DNA of 56,808 nt, counting the filler, from Dimargaris cristalligena (Eukaryota): the NCBI GenBank assembly GCA_003614675.1. It is 3 parts of 3 records of this genome, joined end to end, with 100 filler letters (N's around TTAATTAATTAA, not from the genome) between each part and the next. Parts side by side here need not be neighbours in the genome. Positions count along the whole stretch, not along the records: positions 18,985 to 37,852 come from ML002750.1; positions 37,953 to 56,808 come from ML002751.1; 1 more part is not named here. One strand, 5' to 3'. Positions 25,728 to 38,995 of the stretch are shown here, piece by piece (positions within the stretch are counted from its first letter, which is position 1; every line of letters begins with the position of its first letter). The notes beneath the pieces are model-generated. The model saw nothing but the letters and a program-made list of their open reading frames with translations, did not search any database and was not told where the DNA came from. The translations under genes were made by a program, and so were the position numbers.

Positions 25728-26291
25728 ATATGGGTAAAATTCAAACCAGCTGTATAAGGTTGTACATAATATATGTATGGGTGAATATATGTGAGAATAG
25801 CTTTTAACCAGTAATATTGGCCGCCTCCAATGGATTTTTCATTATACAGCCTGAATGAACTTCTCCCATATGGATGAAATTCAAACCAGCTGTATAGGGC
25901 TTTACATAATACGTGTATGGGTGAACATATGGGAGACGTTTAGCTCGGTTGTATAAGGTTTCAACTGATATGTGTATGGGAAAATCGGTGGGATATTTAA
26001 TTTCAACCAGTAGTAGTTGCCTCACCAAATGGATTTTTCGTTATACAGCCTTGTTGAACTTCTCCCATATGTGAAAATAGCTTTTAACCAGTAGTATTGG
26101 CCTCATCCAATGGATTTTTCGTTATACAGCCTGAATGAACTTCTCCCATATGGATAAAATTCAAACCAGCTCTATAAGGTTTTATATAATACATGTATGG
26201 GCGAAACTATATGAGAATGGCTTTTAACCAGTAATATTTTCCTCATCCAATGGATTTTTCGCTTTACAGCCTGAATGAACTTCTCACATAT
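25728..26291 (-). mobile_element. MITE array: three head-to-tail copies (25728-25871, 25868-26151, 26148-26291) with a fourth copy (25927-26070) nested in the middle one
   Basis: 140-bp period with shared ATAT junctions; the middle unit is 140 bp longer because of an ATAT-flanked insertion matching the 54441/56724 subfamily. Confidence 0.92.
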
Positions 26292-26513
26292 GAATAGCAA
26301 TTGAACTATAATAAGAGCAGGCTTAGCACCTCAAACAAGATGAGTGGTAGGGACATCTAATGGTCAAGCGGAATTGACATATATATATATATATATTAAA
26401 GCTTATATACTATAGTAAACAGAGCACACGCTGTCAAAAAAAGGATAAAATAAAAAGCAATAAAACAATAGCAATCACCAAGGGGACACCTGGTAGTAAA
26501 AAAATAGGACAAT

Positions 26514-29500
26514 CTAACTATCCGCAACCAGACTAAAGTATTGTCGAAGGGCGTCAGATAAAACAAGGGGAAGGGCCTTAATGTCCCGAAGGACGAGGTA
26601 GTAGGTAAAGGGGAACGAATCTAGGTACCGATTCATCGTCAAGCTTAGCTTGCCATCGGCGCCAGTGGTGTACTGAACGTTGTTGAGTTGGAGAATTGAC
26701 TGGTGGTCTGGTTTACTGTCCATGACGATGAAGACCATCATCACGCGTTGATCCATACCGGTGCGGACCAGGGCACTCAGCCGCTCGTGGTTCTCGCAAA
26801 TACCGTCGGATAGGATTAACTGGAGCTGCCATAGGTCCCCACTGGATCCCATTTGTCCACGCGCCTGGCCGAATAGTTCAAGGGAATCCTGCAGCAGGGC
26901 TACAACGTCCGTCTTGGTTTGCTGGAACGTAAAATCGGACATGAGCTGGGCCCCCGACTCCATGGTAAAGGTTTGGTCGAATGGGTGAAGGACCCGCATG
27001 GTTTGGCCGAAGCTGGACACGGCGATATCGCCCGATTCTAACTGCGATAGGGCCTTGGACACGAGTGCCAATGTTTCAAAGGCGAGCTCCACCGAGCGGG
27101 ACTCGGCCATGGACTTGGAATCATCCACAGAAATAAGGATTTGGTACTGGCGCTTACTGGGCTTGGTTCGGCGCATCCAGATCTTATCCTTCTTGTATTG
27201 GCTCGCAATATAGGGAATAATCTTCTTCATGTTGAGCCGCTTGCCGGTCCGGTAGTCGCCCTTCAGCTTGGTGGCCAAGGTAGGTTCCAAAATTAGACGA
27301 AGCTGTTCACTTAATGCCAACGCCAAATCATGGGTCAGTAGTTCATACTTCTGCCACAGGGCCAAGGCGGTCGCAGGGTCGAATAGTCGGGACTGCTGCC
27401 ACTGGTGCGTCTGCTGGATCAGCTCTTGGCGGAGTTGATCGGGATCCACCTCCTCGGCGTCTATGCTTTCAGGGTCGTCTCCTTGGGCAAGGGAAGATTG
27501 TCCTTGCTCGCCGTGTTGCTGAGGGAATCGGCCCGTGGGTTCGTCCCGGCCTCCCTGCCGTAGCACCGCCCCATCAGTTCCGGCCCCAGCATTTGCCGTA
27601 TCGGGCGTTAAGGGCTCTGCGTTGAGCTGGTCCTGCATCTCGGACTTGGCCTTCTCTCGTTGGGACTCCAAGCTGGCTTCATTAATAGCGGGGTCGGTCA
27701 TATCGACATCACCGTCGTCGGGCACCGTTCGAGTGACCTCCTCTGTCTCGTCGAGTGAGTCGGGGGCGGGGGCGTCTACCAAGGCGGCGTGGCCGTGTTC
27801 TTCATCTTCCCGGGTGTACTCAAAATCCTGTTGGGGATCCACCTCCATGGTATCCTGGTCCTGGGGCGCACCACCGGCCGGTTCGGCTTCTGGCTCGGGT
27901 TCAGGTTCCGTCTCTTCTCGTTCGACTATGTTCAGGTGGCGGCTCCAGCTCTCATGGGCATCCGCCAGGTTGCGGAAGGGATTGGCATCGCGGTCGAATT
28001 CTAGGGTGTTGGCACCTTCCTCGGTCTCTGGCTGGGTAGCCGAATTCTCGGGCTGGGCCTCACGCGCCGCATTGGTCCGGTTATCCCCATCAAAGGCGCT
28101 GGATTCACCCTGGCGGGACTCCTCCCGGTCAATCGAGGCCGAAGGATCCGCATCCTGTTCAACCTGATCGGGTGCTTCATCGGACTGTTGGTGGGACTGG
28201 ACGCGTTCCTGCTTTTGAGTGTCAGTGGTCTGATTCTCCGTACCGTATGCATTGGGGTCGTTGGCATTATCGGGTTGGTCGAGTTGCATCGGGTCGGGTG
28301 CTACATCGGAATTGTCCTTGGCCTCGGGCTCTTCTGCGGCCTCGGCTTCCGCTTCGGCATTCTCCCCTTCCTCGGGGATGGCGATTGGGGGCTCGGGGGC
28401 GGCGGATGGGTCTTCGGGCTGGTGGTCTTCGCCGTCAGATTGGTCGCTAGTGGCATTGTTGTCATCGGGCTCGGGGTCGCCCTGGTCAGTGGACTGAGCC
28501 ATTGCGGCGTCCTCTTCGGTGGCACCTTCTTCATCCTCATTAGCACCCTCACCATCCTCTTCCGGGGCATCCAAGGGACGGTCGGGGTCAAGGGCCCCAT
28601 TGTCGTCCTCCATTCCGTCAGCATCGTCCGCATCTGGCTGGTCGGCCGGTCGTTTTTCAGGGCCCGCTTCGTCACCCAGAGGATCCTGATTATCGAGGTC
28701 ATCACCGTCCCCGTCCTTGTCGCCACCATCGTCGTCATCTTCATCGTCAGGACCACCCACATCCATATCGTCGGGGAGGTCCATGGTCTCACCTTGCTCG
28801 GGATCCATAGCGGGTAGGTCGCTAGGGTCCATCGTCACGCCCAATTCATCGGTACCTTCGTCACCTTCCTCACCATCCGAATCGGATTGTTGGTCTTTCC
28901 CTTCTTCGGGGGGTTGGTTTGAATCATCGGATGCATCCTTCTTATTGTTGGGATCGGCGGAATTATTCGAATCCTCCTTCTCATCTTTGGCCACCAACTC
29001 GCTCTCGCCTTCGCCAGGCACTTGTTCGTCGCGGCCGACTTCGGCCTGATCCTGATCAGCATCGTTGGGGTCTTCGTCGTCATCCCCGTCCCACAGTTTG
29101 TCATCTACGGCAGTGGGGTCGTTGAGATCCACATCACCAATCTGGTCGCTAAACTCGGGTTCCTCTTCATCCTTGTCTTGGTCGTCGTTGTCATCCCCGT
29201 CGGTGTAGTCGGCGTCGCCCATTTCACCATCGAAATCGTTTTCCATTTCAATGTTATTGTCATCCTTGGGGTCGCGGGGCTCAGGTGGCGAATCGTCCTT
29301 CTCTTCGTTTTCGGTCCCGAGGACTTGGTCCTCGTTCTCGATTTCATCGCTGACGTTTTTGTTGCCCTTACCCTCACCGATACCGGTTCCGTCCGCTGGG
29401 GCACCATCGTCGTCATCATCTTCCCCTTCGCCATCATCGTCCGGGTCCGGCGTACAGAAGCCCTCCCGCATCAGGTTTAGGAAAGAGTTACACAGTAGCA

Positions 29501-32500
29501 GGGCCAGCTTACTGACCGCGCCGTGGTGGAGGGCGAAGTCCAATAGCACATGTTGGCTGAGCCGGGCGTACTGGAACAGGAAGGGCCGGGCCCGCAAGAG
29601 AAGAGCCCGTAGGTAATGGCGCTCAACGGTGGGAATAGTCTCGGTCAGGAACGCCGTGCGGCAGGTCTGGTTAAGGGCCACCAAGAGTTTCTGGACCTGA
29701 TCGGGTGCGAGGGCCCGTTCTAGAGCACACAGACGTTCGAGGGGCTTCACCAGGGCCTGTTCGCTGAGCCCATAGATGTAATTACCCGCAGGGTCTTCGG
29801 GAGACGGGGGCTGGAACTCGGCCTGGACCCGGCGCACCTGCTGGAAAATGACTAGCAGGCTATCGACAAACCGGCCTGTCAGTTCACAGGCCGAATGGAA
29901 TACGGGGCTGAAGTCGGCGGGGGCGGCTATAGCCGGGCATTGGCCGAGGTGCTCAACGTACTGGGTGTCAAACGTCGTAAGGGCAGCCAAAATGGGTTCG
30001 GTGAAGCAATGTACGGCAGCCGAGGTGGAGCCCAGGGCTTGCAGGGCAGCCCGGCAATCGGCGGTCCAGGCTCGGGCAGCCGATACCGCGCCATGAACGG
30101 CGGGGGTAAAGAAATGCACACCCCACTTGGCGGATAGGTTCAGCGAAGGGCTATACAAACCCAAGGCAGCTGAGTGGGTGCGGGCCTGGTGCAGTAAATC
30201 CTGGACGGGTTGCAGAACCAGGGTGGAATCGGGAAACTGGGACCGAGAGGCAATGAGTACATTTTGCAGTTGGGCCAGGGTCTGCCCCAGTTCATCAATG
30301 AACCGTACAACAAAGTTAAAGAACCTGGGCCATTGCTCGGGCAAAGCCACCACTTGGTCAGAACTATCATCAGCCTGATCTAGATAGAGCCACTGGGCGC
30401 TCTGCTGAAGGAGGGGGACGAGGCGTTCACCGAATTGGGCTAGTGACTGCCGCTCCAAACCTAATTGGTAGGTCACGGATTCCGAAGACCCCATGAGTCT
30501 TTCAACATACAGGTGCGGAAGGTCCGGCGAGTGGGGCTGTTGGACGGATTGACGTAAAATGGTCAACCGGGCCAAGACACGCTGGTAATACTGGTCGGCT
30601 CGTTGCCAGATTCCGGTGAGATCCGAGTGGAGGGGATGCAAAAGGGTACGCACCAGATCAACGGATACCGTAGGCTGGTTGGCCAGGCGGGCAACAGGGA
30701 CAATGTAGTGGTCGACCAATTGGACCGGACGCTCGCTGAACAGGGTATCTAGTTGCAGCCGGCGGTGAATATCAACCCGCTGACGTTGTTTGAGACCAAT
30801 ATGCTTCAACTGCTTCAGGTAGTCAGTTAGGGTCTTTTGCTTGATCATCCGCAGGCGTTTGTAGAACTGTACGTGGGCTGTGCGTTTTGCCTCAGCTAGT
30901 TCCTTCTTGGTAGGGAAGGAGTCGGCCGGAATTTCAGGGGGACGACTGTTACGCAACTCGATCATACGGGAAATGGCCGAGTGGGTAAACTCCGCCAGGG
31001 CGAGGCTGTCGGGGACTAGGTCTTGATACAGCTTGCCACTGGCCACCATGGTCTGCAGGGTACTCGCGGGTTTCGACAAGTCGCTGAATCGGCTGAGTTC
31101 GAGTTGGGCCGAGACTTGCTCGTGGAGGGTCTCGAACGCCGAGGTCAGTTCAGGAACGGGCGGCAAGGTGCAGACTAAACCGTTGGCCAGGCGCACCTGG
31201 AGTCCCTCAAGAACCATGTGGTACATGTGAGCATCGGCGGAACCCTGGATCCGACGCCGCTGTTTGCGCAGAAGTAGACTGCGTTGGCGACTGGCCCGGG
31301 CCGCCTTGGTCATTGGGGTTTGGTCTTGTTCGGTCGCCGAAGAGGCCAGCAAACCGGCCGTCTTTTCCGCCAAGGGCTTTTCGGTAAGGTCTAGCTTGGC
31401 TTGAGCGTCCACTTGCGTGATAAATGTCTCAACGGGGGTGCTTAGCACCAGCCGGTACTTGCGAAGACACTTATGGAGGGCATGGTGGGTCTTCTTGGCA
31501 CTTTGCTGTAAGGCAAGTATATTGACATCCTTGAAGGTAGCAATCTTCACGAAGTCGGCCATGTCTTTTTGAATAGGCTTGACCAAGCGCTCGTGCTCTT
31601 CCTTGACGATAGGCCAGTAGGCCTCGTAGTAGTTCACGAGGTGAATAAGAATATGCCATACTTCCCGAATGGCGAGTCGCTGTCCAGTGGGACGAGCACT
31701 AGGAAACTCCGCACTAGAATCAACATCCTCGGAGTCGTGAGACAGGCGACTACCTAAGTGGCGGGCAAATGTGCGGATGAGGTCCAACCGGGTACGGAAC
31801 TCACCAATATTGGCCGATTTTACGAAATGGACCAGGGTTCCCAGAAGTTGTTTGATATCGGCACTTTGGACTTCCTCGTCTTCCTCTTGGTCTCCCTCTT
31901 CCGCCTCGCCTTCGTCATCGGACACGTCCTCTGCCCAGGCGGGGGCTGCGGGTGGGAGAACCGGTAAAATCACTAGGTTATAGAGGTGGAACCACCACTT
32001 GGACGCCGACTGGCGCTGGCGGTGGGCCTCGGTATGCAGCAGGTGGGGCCAGCTGTTCAGTTCCAATTGGCGCCAGTGAATAATCAACCGGGTCACTTGA
32101 TCCAAATGGCTGCGAAGGGAAAATTCGCGACTGGCGTAAGTCTCCCAATCCTGGGCCTTCAGGAGAAACAGTTCCAAGCCCGTTAGCAACTTGGCGATAG
32201 GGGAGGCCGCCGGGAATTTGACCAGTCGGTCGCAGATCACTACCAGATGCTCGAGCGCCGGTTGATCGGACCAGACGGCCATTACATCGGCCAGCCTAGT
32301 GCGGATGGAGTCGATGAGGGTCTTAAAGGCACGAATTTCAAACAGGTTGGCGTCATTGTAAAAGTCGTAGTGGTAAGACGCCTCATGGACCTGTAAGGAA
32401 TTATGCACGGATGTGACAGAAGAACTTGAGTCGCCGTTGGACAGAGTAGGATTGTAGGCGGCCATGGTAGCCCAGTGGGCCGGAAGTAAGGCCCGGGCTT

Positions 32501-35500
32501 GTACGCTCCCCAAAGGACCAACACGAGATGACAGTTCAGCAGCGGTGCCGTAGGCTTGGGTAACGGGACCAAGGTCTACTGGTGGGGCGGTAGTGGCAAG
32601 CGTGGGCGATACTGACAGATTAGTTCTCTGGAGGCCAAAGACACGGGTGTGCAAATCCACCACTTTACCGAGCAAATTCGTATCCAACTCAACAGAAACC
32701 GGACGGTTCGCAGCTGAGTTGGGTTTGGAGCCACCGGGGTTCTGGGGGGCTTCAAGGGCATCACCGTCTTCCTTCCAGGACACGAATTCGTCTTCGTACT
32801 GGGGGAATAGCTGCTCCATCTCTCGGTTCATGGCGGTGTCCGGGTCGTCGGCTTCAAAATCTTCTGCCTTGTAGCGGTAAAGACTCTGTCGCTCGCGTTC
32901 GAGGACCTTGCGGCGACGTTCCACGGCTGTCCACAGGTAGAACATCTCAGCGAATAGGGCATCCCATGGTCCATCGGGAATGCCACCGTTAGAGCGGCGG
33001 ACTGTCTGGTTAGCGATCAACCAACGCAAAAGCATGTAGATAACACGCAAATAGGCATTAAAGTCGGCTGATCGTCGAGAGGTTTTGGGGCCGAGTAGGA
33101 GCTGTTTGATAGACAACAATGTGGGCGGAGCGGCAATGACTCCCCATTCATCGCCGGATCGGAGCTGGCCCAGGAAGGGAAACCGCAGCAGGGACTGTGT
33201 GAGCCGATGGACGGGGTGGAGTGCGGCTGATTCGTTGATCAAACTACACCCCTCTTCCGGGTAGCGTTGGTAGGCTAACCCCGCTTGAATAAAAAGCACA
33301 AACTGACCCACTGGTTGAATAAAGTCAGCGTATCTGGGGTATTTGTCTTTCAGACGAGTCATGTAGTGGAGAAGATTGTCCTGTACGAACTCGAATCCGG
33401 TGGCCAGGGACTCGGAGGAAGAAGGCCGGTTCTGTAGTTGTTGCCAAAGCTTGGTCAATTGGGCGCCGTCCAGGACCTTATCTAACAAGTGCCGTAAGTC
33501 GCTGAATAGAGCTGGGAACAGGCCAGACTCGGGGCGGGTCACCACGCTGGCCGTGTAGTCCTTAATCTTGGTCTGGATATGCTCCAGCGTCTTCAGATGT
33601 TGGGCCAGGTCGGGCGTGGCGGTTCCCCCGGTGGTGATTCGGGTCAAAGCGGCGGATCCCTCAATTTGAGCCTGGAGTTGTAGACGATCACAATGCAGCC
33701 ATAGCCATTCAAGAATATACCGCATGGCCGGATCAACCGCAGTATTAGGTACCAGTAGACCAAGAAGGCCGCGGCCAAGAGTAAAGTAGGCCAGGCCGAG
33801 GTATTGGGAAGTCGTCCGAGGTAGTTCTACCGAAAGTTTCGTGAGAGACCGGACGGCTGCCAAAGTATGGTCCAAGGACTGCTGCAAACTCTGGCGACTG
33901 TCTTCGGGGACTACTTGACCGGCGCACGTGACGAACAAAGGGCTCTCTTCTAGGTAGATATGCAAGGTGGCTGCTGATTTTTCAACAGAGGAACCAGAAT
34001 CAGTCAACGGGGACTGTAAATACTCAACACACTGGGTGAGTAGCTTCAGAACTGGATGATCATTTACGCCCGATTCCGAGAAAAAGCGCACCACCTAGAT
34101 ACAAAAATAAGCCAGCGAAAGCCAATTATAGGAATACAAGGGTAAGTACAATAAAACGGAAAATCAGTCTAGCTTATATAATACTAGATTATATAGCACC
34201 GGATAAATCGAAAAGGACTTGGAGGGGTTAATTACATGATGGTCGGACAATATAGCAAATATATAACGAGACGAGAAAAAGGCTTACCTGGCACTGGATC
34301 AAGAGTAGATTAAAGAGTTCGGATAAAAGAGGGCTACTGGGGAGCTGGCTGTATTGGCCCAGCTCATTGTAGCAGTAGGCCATTTGGCGCTGGGTTCCCT
34401 CCAGGTCCTGGATCGGAGTGTGAGTTAGCCGACCCACTAAGCCAAACAGCGTGTGGCTCACGGTACCGATGGCCAATGTGGTGGGTCCCTTCTGGGCATC
34501 CGAAGGAGCCAAGCTAGTGTCGGAGGCCGCCGACAAACTGTGGTACCGCCACAGACGACCAGAAGCAGTGGCCATTATTTCGGTGATAATAGGGGTCAAG
34601 GTGGAATTGGAGCCATCCGACTGGGCCTCCAGCATCCACAGTAAACGCTGGTAGCCGGTAAGCTCCAGAGGGCTACGGTCAATGAAGCTAAGCGAATGAC
34701 GCAAGAAGTCGCGAATATCGTCTAGAATGGACGTTTTCGGGGGCGTTCCTTGCAATAGTTGGAGGGCTGAATGCACAATCTGCTGTTCCATGAGGGCATT
34801 GACGTGGTCCAGGAACAGCCGAACGGGAGCCGGGGCATCGGCTTTAGCGGACTGGTCGACCATCTCCATGGTATTAGAGTCCACTGCTTCAATAACGGGG
34901 TACCGACTGCTTAATGCTGAGAGGGTGCCATCGAGGGCCGATAAAAAGGAGGTGGTGTCCCGCTTCTTATCGGCCTCCAGAGCGTATAGGGTGGCACTGG
35001 CCTGCAGCAAGATCTTCCTATCTTGACCAAGTCGGGCGGGGACACCTAGTGGATCCTGTACAAAGGCACGGTAGTCTTCTGATTGTTTCATGATAGCCCA
35101 CACCTCGTCCAAGCGGGTCCGGAACTCGGCCAGGGCCGGTAGAGTTAGCGTCGTCGGATGCCACTGACTCCAGATACGAGCGGATATATCACTGGCCGAT
35201 AGGCCAATCAGGCCGGACCACTGATCAACCAGTGTGGCCAAAAGGGACCATACGGGCTGATTCGTGATTAAGGAGTACTCGCCCAGAGCGGCAACATGCC
35301 CAACCAAATCCCGAGTCGTGGTTGCCAGAGCGCTCATGTCTAGTTGGCGAGTCTGACTGTGGTCCCAAAGTCGTTGACGGTGGGTCATAATACTACGCAA
35401 ATGACCCAACACTTTCCGAAGGGCAGTGGTACTAGACAGGTCGGCTAATTCAGGAAGCTGGTCGGACTGTGCCACCTGCTGGGCTACATACCTCGCAGTA

Positions 35501-37852
35501 CCCAAGACCACCTTATTCATAGCCTCCAGGAGGGGGTAGAGTGCCTTCACAGGAGCCGAGAGAAGGGATGATGTTGACGGAAGCATACCAACGTTGCTCC
35601 AATAGGCCAGTTGGGCGATGGTCAAGTTCTTGGGATTCTGACCCTTGGCGGCCTGGTAGGTCATCTGCTCCAAGGTGCTGGTGTAATTGACATGGCACCA
35701 TAGACGGACCAGATCCACCACCTGTTCGTAGAGGGGGAGATAGGCGGCCGATCCATCGTTAGAGGAGCTGGTGTTGCAGATGACGCGGGACAAAGAGCTG
35801 TCCGTTTGTAGGTTGAAGGAGGCGGTCACCATCAAGGAGGGTTGCCAACCGAGCTGACTTGCCAAAGTCAACTGCAATTGCTGAAGGGCCGTTAGGATCG
35901 GACTATCCAGTAGCACGGTAATACAGTGGACAAGGGCTCTCGTGGCGTGCAGGGAGGCTTCCGTAGAAGTTGATAGATGACTACCCATGTACTCTAAGTA
36001 CTGTTTCCACTCGACGAGATGGGCCAGTGAGATATTGTCCAATAGCGCAAGTGCGGCAGCCCGAAGTCGCTGGTCCGCAGAGAGGGTGCCTACAGTGGAA
36101 CGGGGGAGGTCGCTTGAGGATGCGTCCGTAGTGCAATGGGCCAGGTAGACTATGTAGCCAGTTAGGCGGACCATTTGGGCCAAGCGAGCATACTGGGCGG
36201 ACGAGACTCCGCGGAGGGCGGCGGTGGTCATGCGGTATAGGTCGGCCAACTGGGTGGTGGTGTCCATAGGTTCAACGGTTAATGGTTTGGGTAGACCAAG
36301 CGAAAGTCCACGCTGCCATTTTTCGGCAAAATAGCGGGCGTCCTGTACTGCCTCACGGATAGTGATCGAGACTGGCGGCCTGGCGACTTCCGATTCGGGG
36401 GTCTCTTCCGGCGAAGCCGGCGTAGTGGCAAGTTCCATCGGCAGGTCAGTGGTTTCGGCTAAGCCGGGGCCCTGGGGGCCTTCCTCCACTTCTTTAAAAG
36501 CGAAAATGCGCTCAGGAGTCTGTTGGGCTAACCCGGTAATCCAAGCCGGTGGGGACGTAACTTGGTCGGGACTCCACAGAGCCGTGGCCTGCAAGATATC
36601 CCAATACTGGTCACCGTGGTCGCCGTCGGTATCAGGGGCGTTGGTGAGAAGAGCAATTTCGATACCTCGGTTACGCATGGCCCGGGAGAGCTCGCCATAC
36701 TGAGGGTTACAGGTCATAAAAATGCGGAAATTGGGGTGAGGAATAACCGTACGGATCTCGCCATCCACCAAACCCCGCTCATGAACCGCAAGGGTACCAT
36801 TAGGCTCCAGTAGAGCATTCAACCGATCCAAAATTGACGGATTACATAGGTTAGCATTGTCGATTAGCAACCAGTGGCCCCGTTCGAGGGCCTGGATCAA
36901 CACGCCGTCAATCCATTCAAATTTACCGCTGACTCCGCCCTGGGCTAGTTGTGCCAACGTCTGGGCATGCGACACCGTTTGATCCAATTCGGCCGACAGC
37001 TCATCGGCAACCCCGGAGGGGAGCTCAATGAATTGGGCTCGTACCGCAGCAAATATAGTATCCAAATCAGGCATGGACCCATCGGCGGAATCGGAGGCCG
37101 CGGAAGCCAGCTTACGAACCTGATCATAAAGGGCTAGTAGCCCATCGGTAGGTTCGGTGGTTTGGATAGTGAGGCGGGCCACTGCCAACCGTTTGACCAA
37201 GTCATCGAGGCGACCCAGAATTTGGGCCCGGTGGCGGTTAACATCGAGTTGCTCGAAACCACCAAGGAGCTCCATGGAGTCCACGCCACTGTTCATGGAG
37301 AATTCCAATAGGCGGTGGCCCGTCAGGAGCGCCAGGTAGCGGATCAGACTCGTCTTACCCGTAGCGGACTCGCCCACAAGGATGGGCATCCATTGGTGCT
37401 GGATGCAGAGCATGACGGCCTCAAGAATGGGTAGATCCCGGTGTAGCAAACGGAGCTGGGATGCCCAGGACATACCGGCCTGGGTGGTGGCCACCGTCGG
37501 GGTTCGGGGTAGGACCGCCCGGCCGATGCGTAGGTACTCCGGCTCAATGGAGAACGTGGGCCGGTTGGACACGGCGGAATGGTCCGAAGGGAAGAATTGG
37601 GCAAACAATGCACTAACCCGTTCCCGGTCGGCTGCCGTGCGCATACGATGCCAGTACAAGACGGACATGTAATCGACGGGTGCCCCGTTAGGCAACGGTC
37701 CACCCTTGGCACTGAGGAGCGCCATCCAGCGGAACACGTCACGCAGGTTGAACTCCCAGGGTTGGCCCCGCTGGCCGAACGAGCGGTGAACCATGGTTTC
37801 TTCCTGCATCTTTTGGTTGAAGTTCAGCATGGCCATTAACCAAGTGATATCG
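26514..37852 (-). CDS. MDN1: Midasin (Rea1/Mdn1) AAA-ATPase, 5'-truncated by the contig end; exons 37852-34288 and 34094-26514
   Basis: GQPWEFNLRDVFRW; last AAA module (GESATGKT, FEWIDGVL...DNANLCNPSILDRLNALLEP...HPNFRIF); long linker; D/E-rich tract; C-terminal MIDAS/vWA (LRLILEPT...GDYRTGKRLNMKKIIPYIAS, DDSKSM, LSDG); intron CAG|gtaagc...tag|GTG. Confidence 0.98.
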
Positions 37853-37952
37853 NNNNNNNNNNNNNNNNNNNNNNNNNNNNNNNNNNNNNNNNNNNNTTAA
37901 TTAATTAANNNNNNNNNNNNNNNNNNNNNNNNNNNNNNNNNNNNNNNNNNNN
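37853..37952. other. Artificial contig linker (N44-TTAATTAATTAA-N44)
   Basis: Identical 100-nt cassette to 18885-18984. Confidence 0.98.
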
Positions 37953-38995
37953 CTATCTTTTCAAATAAAGTTCAGTTTTCAAGGATTTGATTTCAGTTCT
38001 TTACACTGTCTAACAATGAGGCTAACCCCATTAGTAGAAATTCATTGTCTGTTAAGGACAATTATATTTCACTGACTAGTTTCCATGATAGTTTAGGTAA
38101 ATGATATACAGACTCTGGTCCATGGGTGGTAGGGTGTGCTGGTTAAATACCTAGTCTCCTCCCATGATTGAAGTTTTTAAAATCCAAATCTTGTAGACAT
38201 TATGAGAAGGACACTCAAATCTGGTCTTAAGAGCCAGGTCTCACCCTCCTTCACTTACAGGCACTCACCCCCACTGACACTTGGGTTGGTCAATCCTCCC
38301 TTCCTCAATTTATAATTCCTCTTTAGTTTTTTTCCTTGACTGTCACTTCCATTCTGCCCTCCTCAAGCAGTTAGATGCCAGCTACCCATCACCTGCATAC
38401 TGTTGTAGGTGTATGCCACCAGTGGCCCAAGGGCAATCACTATCTAAAAAATGGAAATACCATCCTTATGTTGGTAATCAGAGGAAGTCGGGCATCACTT
38501 TCACTCCTGCATCTGGGAATAATTGGATGTCTCTGGAGGGAGGGGGTACAACCAACTGATCCCCTCTGAACCATTTAGAGATCCATTTTACCACCCTAAA
38601 GGATGTTTTCTATTTGGTGGTGTACCCCCACAGGGCCATGGACAGGAAACTGGTGTAGTAGAGGCTAATGACCTAGTGGCCAGAGAGAAAATTGTGTGGG
38701 TGTTTTTGGAAAATCCACACCCATTGAATGATTCAAAGGGTCCACTTTCAAGATCCCGCAGGGGTAGACATGTCTTAGCCTGTCTCTCAGCTTGTACTGA
38801 TATTGGGAGAGAGACAGTTAGAAACTTGGTTGAGCATGTATATAAAATGGTATTCAGAGCAGCCATGGTAATCGCAACATGATCATTGTTGATAGATCCT
38901 CATAGCCACTTTCATTTCTTAACCAAGCTTAGCTATATCTGTATCCACTCACCAACAGCAATTGCGTGGATTCTTGGAATAGATCCCTTAAACCT
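37953..38995. mobile_element. CpG-depleted, probably repeat- or transposon-derived relic at the contig start
   Basis: By manual count, no CG dinucleotide in 37953-38488 and about 4 in ~1040 nt despite moderate GC; reading frames full of TGA/TAG/TAA; family not identifiable. Confidence 0.5.

Noticed and set aside
25728-26291. CRISPR-like array of regularly spaced repeats
   Set aside because: Whole 140-bp units are homologous with no unique spacers, the units have TIRs and occur singly elsewhere, there are no cas genes, and the context is eukaryotic.
27400-29450. D/E-rich low-complexity region as a separate novel protein
   Set aside because: It is the known acidic tail domain of midasin preceding the MIDAS domain.
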